In this document: in pieces, positions 20,080 through 28,162 of the stretch
How the letters are laid out: each line of letters starts with the position of its first letter
Numbering within the stretch: the stretch's first letter is position 1
Assembly: GCA_963739305.1 (NCBI GenBank)
Contig: CAVTZU010000018.1
Span: 32,001-96,000, forward strand
Direction: 5' to 3'
DNA length: 64,000 bases
DNA from: Candidatus Bathyarchaeota archaeon
Lineage (GTDB): Archaea > Thermoproteota > Bathyarchaeia > Bathyarchaeales > Bathycorpusculaceae
Made by a program: the position numbers and the translations under genes
Notes under the pieces: generated by a model
What the model was told of the DNA's origin: nothing
The model's database searches: none
The model's input: only the letters and a program-made list of their open reading frames with translations

Positions 20080-21050
20080 TACTGAGGAACAAGAAAGTCT
20101 TAGTAACTGGTGGCGCCGGTTTCATAGGCTCGCATATAGTAGACGAATTGGTGAGAAGAGGCTGTGAAACAACAGTAATGGACTACTTGCCGAATAATCA
20201 GGCGAGAAATCTTGAGCAAAGCAAAGGCTCCATAACCCTGATCAACGGATCGGTCACGAACAAGAAAATGGTGAGAGACAACCTTGATGTGGACGTTATC
20301 TTTCATGAGGCAGCATGCAACCTCGTCTCCTCAATGCAATCGCCCATTAATGCTCTGATGGTAAACACGAAAGGAACACTGAACATTCTGGAAAGTATGA
20401 AGGAAAAATCAAGAGAAACCGTTTTGGTATATGGAAGTACAGGGAGTGTGTACGGGCAATCCTTGTATTCACCACAAGATGAGAACCATCCTTACAATCC
20501 AACAAACCCGTATGCCATAAGCAAATTTGCTGCGGAGCGATATGTCAATTTCTTCGCCAAACAATATGGACTGAAAACAGTCTGTTTGCGATACTACAAT
20601 GTTATAGGACGACGGCAAAACTACGGAAAAAATGGCGGTATTGTTTCAAGCTTCATCATACGCGTCCTGAACGGAGAACCACCTGTCATTGAAGGCGATG
20701 GAACAGAGAAGAGATGCTTCACGGGTATCAAAGACGTCGTGAGGGCTAACGTTTTGGGATATGAAGTTGAAAAAGGCTATGGATTAGCGTTCAACATTGC
20801 CGGATCCGAAGTGACCACGATAAATGAGTTGGCAGTTCTGATTTGTTCTTTCTCAGAGAAACCTCCCAAACCTTTGCACGTGAAGTCGAGAACAGGGGAA
20901 ACGTATGATTTTGAGCCTAGCATAGCTTTGGCTCGCAGTGTGTTAGGATATTCGCCCAAAGATAAATTAAAAGAGATTGTTCCAGATTTGATGGAGTGGA
21001 TTAGAGGCGAATTGCAGATAGAAAGCGGACCTGGAAGAATGAGAAAATGA
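20076..21050 (+). CDS. NAD-dependent NDP-sugar epimerase/dehydratase
   Basis: Frame extends upstream of the called 20148 start to include KKVLVTGGAGFIGSH; YAISK; likely CTG start at 20076. Confidence 0.88.
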   Translation: MILRNKKVLVTGGAGFIGSHIVDELVRRGCETTVMDYLPNNQARNLEQSKGSITLINGSVTNKKMVRDNLDVDVIFHEAACNLVSSMQSPINALMVNTKGTLNILESMKEKSRETVLVYGSTGSVYGQSLYSPQDENHPYNPTNPYAISKFAAERYVNFFAKQYGLKTVCLRYYNVIGRRQNYGKNGGIVSSFIIRVLNGEPPVIEGDGTEKRCFTGIKDVVRANVLGYEVEKGYGLAFNIAGSEVTTINELAVLICSFSEKPPKPLHVKSRTGETYDFEPSIALARSVLGYSPKDKLKEIVPDLMEWIRGELQIESGPGRMRK

Positions 21051-22021
21051 AATACAAGAACGTGCTAGTTGTGGGAGGAGCTGGATTCGTAGGAAGCCAT
21101 GTAGTAGACGCATTGGTTCAAAATGGAGCTGAAAAGATAGTTGTCGTCGACAACATGTTTCTGGGAAAGACCGAGAATCTCAATGAAGCAATCCAGAAAG
21201 GGAACGTCATCGTTTACAAAGAAGACGCGCGATACTTGACTGCTCTTGAAAACATTATTGAACGCGAAAAACCGGAGGCAGTTTACAATCTTGCAGTAAA
21301 ATGTTTGCCGTATGGCTTCATTGATCCAGAGGGCGCATTTATGACCGGGGTTGAAATCGCACATAACCTTGCTAACCTTCTGAGAAAGAAGAAGTTTGAG
21401 AGATTGCTGCATTTCTCTAGTTCTGAAGCATACGGCACGGCGGTACACGTGCCAATGGATGAGAATCACCCGCTAGACCCGAACAGTCCCTACGGAGCTG
21501 GAAAAGCAGCTGCTGACTTACTGTTACTTTCCTACTATAAATTGTTCGGTCTTGAGGTTAGCATTATCCGTCCTTTCAACTTCTACGGTAAACGACAGAA
21601 CATGGAAGCCTATGCTGCAGTTGTCCCAGTAACAATTTGGAGAATACTTAACGGCGAAAAACCGATTTTGGAAGGGGATGGTCTACAAACTCGTGACTTC
21701 ACATACGTCAAAGACGGTGCAGAGGCCGCCGTCAAAATGATGGATTGCGACAAAGCAGTGGGCAAAGTCGTGAACGTTGGACAAGGCACGGAAATGGACA
21801 TCAAGACAATCATCTCAATGATATGCGACACGCTTGATTATCCTCCAGACAAAATAGAGCACAGGCCTCCAAGACCATCAGACGTCCGAAGACTTCACGC
21901 AGACATAACTCTGGCAAAGAAAATGCTAGGATACTCACCGAAAACAAGTTTTAACGAAGGCATTGGACTCACCATAGATTGGTTCAGATCAAAGGTGGAA
22001 TCCAAACAAGCAAAATCTTGA
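21047..22021 (+). CDS. NAD-dependent NDP-sugar epimerase/dehydratase
   Basis: VGGAGFVGSH, SSSEAYG, YGAGK, RPFNFYG, TRDFTYV. Confidence 0.92.
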   Translation: MKYKNVLVVGGAGFVGSHVVDALVQNGAEKIVVVDNMFLGKTENLNEAIQKGNVIVYKEDARYLTALENIIEREKPEAVYNLAVKCLPYGFIDPEGAFMTGVEIAHNLANLLRKKKFERLLHFSSSEAYGTAVHVPMDENHPLDPNSPYGAGKAAADLLLLSYYKLFGLEVSIIRPFNFYGKRQNMEAYAAVVPVTIWRILNGEKPILEGDGLQTRDFTYVKDGAEAAVKMMDCDKAVGKVVNVGQGTEMDIKTIISMICDTLDYPPDKIEHRPPRPSDVRRLHADITLAKKMLGYSPKTSFNEGIGLTIDWFRSKVESKQAKS

Positions 22022-22049
22022 AGACTTTTGAAATAACGGAGTCACTGAA

Positions 22050-22490
22050 ATGCGAATTGCGTTCGTTGTTGCTAGAGTTGGAGAGGAAAGAAACATCATT
22101 CAAAGACTTTCATTGATTCTAGCTGATGAATTGAGAAAATCCAATGATGTTGTTGACATTTTTCCGTTTAAAAGAAAGACAGTGTTTAGTTTTCGGCCAT
22201 ATAAGAAATTCAAATGTTACGACTGCGTTCTGATAGCAAATGTTGGTCTTCACTGTGCTTATTTCTCTTTGTTTAAGAGGCTTGGTCTAATCAAGAAACC
22301 CCTTGTTGTAATATCTTTTGGTTCAGATATACGTGCCACAAATAACAGATGGATTAATCTTTTCAACCGAATGAGCAAAGCAGCTGTGAATTTATTGATT
22401 GTTACAAATCCTGATTTGAAAGAGATCGCTGAAAGACGTGGATATGCTCATGTCCAATATGTTCATAGTTGGTCGAGTGAGTTATCATGA
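22050..22490 (+). CDS. Probable GT-B N-terminal domain (half of a split glycosyltransferase)
   Basis: MRIAFVV start, KPLVVISFGSDI; ATGA overlap with a GT4 C-domain gene. Confidence 0.6.
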   Translation: MRIAFVVARVGEERNIIQRLSLILADELRKSNDVVDIFPFKRKTVFSFRPYKKFKCYDCVLIANVGLHCAYFSLFKRLGLIKKPLVVISFGSDIRATNNRWINLFNRMSKAAVNLLIVTNPDLKEIAERRGYAHVQYVHSWSSELS

Positions 22491-23023
22491 AAATCTTATT
22501 TGCTGGTAGGCTAGTTGATTTCAAAGATCCCATCACTTTTATCAAAGCAGCTTGTTATGATTCAACACAAAAATTCGATTTCATAGTCGCTGGTGATGGC
22601 GAACTGATGGGAATCTGTAAGAAATTGGCTGAAGATCGCAAAAATGTTCAAATGCTAGGCTGGCTAAAGCAAGATGCTGTTAACAATTTGATGCGAGAAG
22701 CAGATATATTTTGTCAAATGTCTCCTTACGAAAACTTATGGGCTGCTACATTAGTTTCTGCTATGAAATATAAGAAAGCAATCATCTGTACGAATGCAGG
22801 ATACACTAGTAAATATCTAAAACATGATTATCATGCCGTATTGATTCCTTCAAGAGACTCTTTTGCTTTGGCTGAAGCAATTGTAAGGTTGTCTAATGAT
22901 GATAAACTTAGACGGACGCTTGGAGAGAACGCATTTTCTTTCGTTCAAGAAAATCTGTCAACTGAAAGGATCGCCAGGGAAATAAGAGGCATGTTATTAA
23001 ATGTTGTAGAGTGTGAAAAATGA
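22487..23023 (+). CDS. GT4 C-terminal (Glycos_transf_1) domain only
   Basis: ILFAGRLVDFKD, AGDG, ENLW...SAM..KKAIICTNAG. Confidence 0.8.
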   Translation: MKILFAGRLVDFKDPITFIKAACYDSTQKFDFIVAGDGELMGICKKLAEDRKNVQMLGWLKQDAVNNLMREADIFCQMSPYENLWAATLVSAMKYKKAIICTNAGYTSKYLKHDYHAVLIPSRDSFALAEAIVRLSNDDKLRRTLGENAFSFVQENLSTERIAREIRGMLLNVVECEK

Positions 23024-23961
23024 GTTCTCCGTTGGTTACAGTGCTAACGCCAACGTATAACCATGAAAGGTTCATCGGTAACTGCATTCGCAGTGTTCAA
23101 GCTCAAACATTCAATGATTGGGAACAGATCATAGTTGATGATGGCTCAACTGATGGAACTGAGCGAGTGATAAACAGATTTGACGATGAAAGAATAAGAT
23201 ACGTCAAACAGTCGCACGTTGGAATTAGTAAGCTTTCTGAAACATACAATCGCGGCTTAAAAATGGCAAGAGGAAAGTTGATTGCCATCTTGGAAGGTGA
23301 TGATATGTTTCCTAAAAGGAAACTTGAGTTGCAGGTTCACAGTTTGGATGATGATATAGTACTTAGTTTTGGAAGATACATTTTGATTGATGAAAATCAC
23401 AAGTATCTAGGTCATTTTCCGTTAAATTCCAGACAATATCTCAGGACAACTGATTGGCTAAAGCCACTGCTTGTTTCTTGTTTCATTTCGAGTCCAACCG
23501 TGATGATTCGCAAAGATGCCTTGTTGAAGATTGGCGGTTTCATCCAGCCAGTTGGAAGTAACTGTGTAGATCAGGCGACTTATTTAGAGTTAGCTCTAAT
23601 CGGTAAATTCAAGTTTATAGATGAGACGTTAGGAATATGGGTCAAACATGGCGACAACTGGAGCGATAGAAGTTTGGGCGAGAGCACATTTCCTAATTAT
23701 GGGCTAACATTTAGTCGAAGGTATAATATCCCTATAGATTGGAAAGCAATTAGAGCACAACAAGGTCGAGATCTGTTTCATACAGGTCGACATCAACTGT
23801 TGAACGGTATGAGAACGGAAGCTAACCTAAGTTTCAAGCGTAGTTTCGAACTGTCTTCTACAAGCGGTAAACTGAAGGCTCTGGTTGGTTTAGGTATGAG
23901 CAAAACAGGAATGAATTTTGAAAGAATAGCAAACTGGTTAGGTAGACCAACTGAAAGCTAG
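23020..23961 (+). CDS. GT2 glycosyltransferase
   Basis: PTYNHERFI..CIRSV, VDDGSTD, LEGDD. Confidence 0.92.
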   Translation: MSSPLVTVLTPTYNHERFIGNCIRSVQAQTFNDWEQIIVDDGSTDGTERVINRFDDERIRYVKQSHVGISKLSETYNRGLKMARGKLIAILEGDDMFPKRKLELQVHSLDDDIVLSFGRYILIDENHKYLGHFPLNSRQYLRTTDWLKPLLVSCFISSPTVMIRKDALLKIGGFIQPVGSNCVDQATYLELALIGKFKFIDETLGIWVKHGDNWSDRSLGESTFPNYGLTFSRRYNIPIDWKAIRAQQGRDLFHTGRHQLLNGMRTEANLSFKRSFELSSTSGKLKALVGLGMSKTGMNFERIANWLGRPTES

Positions 23962-24023
23962 ACATTTTAATATTTTCAAGCTTATAAAGGACTGGGTTGA
24001 AAGGTTTATTCATTGGTGAGTTT

Positions 24024-24239
24024 GTGATTATAATACCTCAAAGTAAGAATAAGAGGATATTCAAAGTTAGCAAGAGGTGGCTGACGAGATTCAGAAATAG
24101 ATATTATACAGATCCTATCTGTCATAGTTGCGGTGAGGACTTAACAGAAATTGGAAAAGAAGTTTTTAGTGGTAAGATAAAAGGTTGTATAGCGAAACAC
24201 TATTGTGTATCATGTGCAAAGAAAGTGAAAATTATATGA
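24024..24239 (+). CDS. Small basic C4 zinc-finger protein
   Basis: CHSCG...YCVSCAKK; GGTGAG before GTG 24024; ATGA overlap with the next gene. Confidence 0.6.
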   Translation: MIIIPQSKNKRIFKVSKRWLTRFRNRYYTDPICHSCGEDLTEIGKEVFSGKIKGCIAKHYCVSCAKKVKII

Positions 24240-25087
24240 AATTTGATATTATCATGTGGACATTTAATGGAGAAAAATTTTTCCCAAAAGTATTACAGAG
24301 AATAGAGGAGGTCATACCCAAGGAATATGTTCACCGTAAAATTATAGTTGATGATCACAGTACTGATAACACAGTCACAATAGCTAAAAGTTATAATTGG
24401 AATGTCTATTTTAACCCGTCTACTGGTATTCCTTCAGGTGCTAACGAAGCTTTAAAGCATGTTGACTGCAAGTATTTTCTAGCTTTTGAGCAAGACTTGG
24501 TCTTAGCATATAATTGGGGTGAAAGAATACCAAAACTTCTTGACAATAACGATGTTGCGGCAGCACAAGGTGTTCGCTATGCTACAAATCCAATATTAAA
24601 TAAAATAGACAACTACTATGCTAGCAAAATGACATTCAGGGAACCAATAAGCATAGTTGACGCACCTAGTATAGATAATACTCTGTTTAAAACTGATATT
24701 GTAAGGAGTATTGGTGGATTCCCAACTGAATGTCCACTTTGCAGTGATACCATACTATTGAAGAAACTTGCGCATTTAGGCTATAAATGGCTTGTTGATA
24801 CTTGTGTAATTTCAGGTCATATTAAGCCATCTATCAGGTATAACTACGATCACGTATACTTTGCTCTAAATAGATGTGCTTTGACACCATTATGCTCTAA
24901 CAACGAAAAACCTCGCAGGTTGAACGGTAGATTATTAGCATTCTTGAAAAGTCCCATTAGGGCGTTGATTATAGGCTTTAGAATGAAAGAGCCCAGAATA
25001 TTGTTAGTTTATCCACTCGAAAAGTGGCATTACGTGAATGCAACGTCTAAATTATATAGAATTAGATATGGAGGTTATGATAGATGA
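24236..25087 (+). CDS. GT2 glycosyltransferase
   Basis: MKFDIIMWTFNG, VDDHSTDNT, FEQD, IGGF. Confidence 0.85.
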   Translation: MKFDIIMWTFNGEKFFPKVLQRIEEVIPKEYVHRKIIVDDHSTDNTVTIAKSYNWNVYFNPSTGIPSGANEALKHVDCKYFLAFEQDLVLAYNWGERIPKLLDNNDVAAAQGVRYATNPILNKIDNYYASKMTFREPISIVDAPSIDNTLFKTDIVRSIGGFPTECPLCSDTILLKKLAHLGYKWLVDTCVISGHIKPSIRYNYDHVYFALNRCALTPLCSNNEKPRRLNGRLLAFLKSPIRALIIGFRMKEPRILLVYPLEKWHYVNATSKLYRIRYGGYDR

Positions 25088-25346
25088 ACATAAAGGACAA
25101 GTTCATATCTTACAATGTTTTATTTGCTTTGATGGTACACAATTTCTTTTAAAGAAAGCTTCGATAGGACGTAGGGAACGCCCGATTTAACGGAAATCTC
25201 ATGTCTGCACGCGACTAGAAAGAGAAAAGGACACGCAGATTGCTGTGAGTACTTTACAAGGTCGTTAGGCGAGGGTCCTGAAATTTGTCAGACTGCTCGT
25301 CCACTTGCGGAATTAACCTAGACGCTACGTCCAGTGCAGACTCGGT

Positions 25347-26194
25347 TCATTGTTTCTTTCTCAGTTCTTTTTGAAGGTCTTCCGCGATTCTCTTGACTTT
25401 GTCAACTTCCTGCCTGATCTCTTCGTCCTTGATTTCTTCCTTTCTCTTTTCATTGGATTCCAATATTAGGCGCAGAAGTTTTGAGTCATATCCTTCCAGC
25501 AGCAGTTCCACGTTGGGAATTACACAGTGGCGACCGATGACGTCTGGGTACATGATTGGTCTGTCGAGCCTGACGCGATGCGTATCAGCCAGAAAATCAA
25601 CAACCTCATCGAAGTTTGCTCCAAAATGGTCTGGCGATTCGCTGCATTTCTTGAAAACAAGTTATCATCCATGCTCTGTAAGTGGTTTCGAACAGTTTGG
25701 CAAGTTCAGTTTCTCTGCAGCTTTTCAAAACCTTGGTTTTCAGTCCGAGCCTTCTGAAGTGTCTGTCTGCAATTCTTCCGGCTTCAGGGCTTGCTCCGCC
25801 TACGTATTTTGTCCATCGCTTGAGTTCCCATTTCATGTGTTCGGGGCTCTCATGGACTCCTCGAAACGGTGAATGTGCAACAAGGCAAGCGCAACGATCG
25901 CTCACGCTCATCGTGGTTCCAGGTGGGACGGTGCTGTTTATGATTATGAGCTTAGGCTTGAAACGTCTTGCGTAACTGGTGACGATGTCAACGAATTTCG
26001 CTTGGTCTTTGCAGGGTAAACATATGTGCATGACGTTTGTCGTTTCGGGCAGGGCTTTCTGCTTTAGATCTTTCATTTTCGTTTTGTCCAGATCCAAGCC
26101 ATAGACTTCGAATTTCCCGCTTTCTTTCACCAAGTCGAACATTGCTGCTGCCAACCTCGCCTAAGCCAATGACTAAAATCTTGTCCTTCTCCAA
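25347..26194 (-). CDS. UDP-glucose/GDP-mannose dehydrogenase family protein (short form), two apparent frameshifts
   Basis: VIGLGEVG (26194 frame); NSTVPPGTT and TELAKLFETTYR (26154 frame); G.HCVIPN (25553 frame); single extra bases near 26147 and 25628. Confidence 0.8.
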
Positions 26195-26275
26195 TTGATT
26201 CCGACTCCTGCCTTTGACAAAAAATGGTTCGTCAAACTATTTAAATTTCGCACGCTTTAAAGGAGTAGAGACGAA

Positions 26276-26788
26276 GTGAACGGTGTGTCTAAGCCAAAAC
26301 TGGGTCAAGGCGTAGTCGTTGGAAAGAACGTCGTGTTTGGCGAAAACGTGGTTGTTTGGAACTACGTGGTAATCGGTGACGACACCAGAATCGGGGATGG
26401 TACACGGATCGGCAGCTTCTGCGATATCGGCAAGAACGTGGTCTTGGGCAAGAACTGCAACATCCAGACTCATGTCACAATATCGAACGGCTGCAAAATA
26501 GGCAATGATGTATTCATCGCACCAAACAGCACGCTTCTTAACGACAGGTTTCCTGTCAGTGAAGTTCTCTCTCCGCCTACGATAGAGGATAACGCGGTGA
26601 TCGGCGGATGCGTAGCCATACTCCCCAACGTGACGGTTGGAAGAGACGCCGTGGTTGCGGCTGGAAGCGTAGTCACCAAAGATGTTCCTGCGAGAACAGT
26701 AGTGAAGGATGTGCCAGCTAAGCCTATGATGACAAAAAGGGAGTACGAAGTCAAGAAGAAGGATTTCGCCCAGAAGCACTTGCGGTGA
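26276..26788 (+). CDS. Left-handed beta-helix N-acetyltransferase (WbpD-like)
   Basis: Hexapeptide repeats, NDRFP, AGSVVTKDVP. Confidence 0.9.
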   Translation: MNGVSKPKLGQGVVVGKNVVFGENVVVWNYVVIGDDTRIGDGTRIGSFCDIGKNVVLGKNCNIQTHVTISNGCKIGNDVFIAPNSTLLNDRFPVSEVLSPPTIEDNAVIGGCVAILPNVTVGRDAVVAAGSVVTKDVPARTVVKDVPAKPMMTKREYEVKKKDFAQKHLR

Positions 26789-27780
26789 GTTCAATGAAGG
26801 TCTGGTACGATGCTGGCACCGGCAAACAGTTTAGGTTCGGCACGGCTATAGCTAGACGCTTAAGAAAAGACGGACATGAAGTTATCTTTACAACGCGGAA
26901 GCATCCTGACACAGAGGGCTTGGCCAAGGTCTTGGGCGAGAAACCAATTGTAGTTGGCAAGTACGACCCGACTTCGCTCTTCAGTCGTTTGGATGAGAGC
27001 GCAAGACGCATGCTCCAATTTTCCAAAATGTTCAGGGACAGATCACCTGAATTGGCTATCTCACACCAGTCCGTTGAGCTTTCAAGGTTCGCGTTCGGTC
27101 TGTGTGTTCCTGTACTGACAACAGCTGATACCCCGCATGCCGAAGCTGTAAACAGACTGACCATACCACTGTCAAGCATCGTGCTTGTCTCAGAAGCCAT
27201 ACCGGAGAATCTGTACAAGAAATATGGTGCGCGAAAAATCATCCGTTTTGCGGGAGTCGACGAAGTTGCGTGGACAAAACGCCCAGAAAGGTCCAAGTCT
27301 TTTGACTTCAAGAAACCCTTGATCGTGGTTAGACAAATGGAGACCAGGGCAGCTTATGGCCTGGGAAAAGAAGACTTCACCATGGAGGCTGCGCACAAAC
27401 TGTCTTCGCTCGGGACCGTCATCTTTCTACCGCGCTACAGCAAACCCAAGTACAAGAACGTGATCGTGATGGATCAATTTGTGGACACGGCACGTTTGGC
27501 GGGGCAAGCCGACTTGGTCGTCAGCGTGGGCGGGACAATTGCGCGAGAAGCCGCTTTGCAGGGAACTCCAAGCATTGTCATCAAGCAGTTTGGCAAGATT
27601 CAAGTCAATGATTATCTTTCGAAGAAAGGATTCCCGCTTTTCACGGTAGAACCCTCAAAGGTTGTGTCAGTTACCCGACGCTATTTGGGCAAGAAATTCG
27701 ACATGAAAGCAAGTTTGGGAGAGCTTGAAAACCCCGTCGACATCATCGCAAAAATAATCGCAGAAAAGCAATTCGCATAA
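26785..27780 (+). CDS. DUF354-family GT-B fold protein
   Basis: KVWYD, HQSVEL, DTPHA, GGTIAREAALQGTPSI. Confidence 0.85.
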   Translation: MSSMKVWYDAGTGKQFRFGTAIARRLRKDGHEVIFTTRKHPDTEGLAKVLGEKPIVVGKYDPTSLFSRLDESARRMLQFSKMFRDRSPELAISHQSVELSRFAFGLCVPVLTTADTPHAEAVNRLTIPLSSIVLVSEAIPENLYKKYGARKIIRFAGVDEVAWTKRPERSKSFDFKKPLIVVRQMETRAAYGLGKEDFTMEAAHKLSSLGTVIFLPRYSKPKYKNVIVMDQFVDTARLAGQADLVVSVGGTIAREAALQGTPSIVIKQFGKIQVNDYLSKKGFPLFTVEPSKVVSVTRRYLGKKFDMKASLGELENPVDIIAKIIAEKQFA

Positions 27781-27817
27781 ATGAACGGGGAAAAATTAAA
27801 GTCAACCGTTTCTCCCT

Positions 27818-28093
27818 TTAAAGATGCAAGGGCCGGTCGTCTAGCTTGGTTAGGACATTGGCTTTACGAGCCAAAGGTCGCCGGTTCAAGTCCGGTCCGG
27901 CCCACCAAACACCAACACTATCAATGTTTTCGATGTTATTTGAAGAATTAAACTGTGAGAACTGCATCAACAGATGTTTTAAGTGGTTTTCGAAGGTTTT
28001 TGAAAGATTAAACCCAAGTTCACGCGACTTTTCAACCAATTCTTGATCAACGTATAAGACAAGATTGTGTTTGTTTGACATTTGCATTTGCAC
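27818..28093 (-). CDS. CcdA-like RHH protein reading antisense into the tRNA; possible N-fragment of a split tyrosine integrase
   Basis: NLVLYVDQELVEKSRELGFNLSKTFENHL RHH pattern; its C-terminus is the antisense translation of the tRNA. Confidence 0.55.
   Translation of the reverse strand: MQMQMSNKHNLVLYVDQELVEKSRELGFNLSKTFENHLKHLLMQFSQFNSSNNIENIDSVGVWWAGPDLNRRPLARKANVLTKLDDRPLHL
27830..27907 (+). tRNA. tRNA-Val (anticodon TAC), intronless, CCA encoded
   Basis: Acceptor GGGCCGG/CCGGCCC-A-CCA; anticodon arm TTGGC-TT-TAC-GA-GCCAA; T arm GGTTCAAGTCC; upstream AAAAATTAAA promoter-like box. Confidence 0.97.
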
Positions 28094-28162
28094 CCGGGCA
28101 GGGGCGAGGGGAAGTTCTGTTTTATAAGTTTGGTGATGTCATCGCCTCAGATCAGAGAAAAA

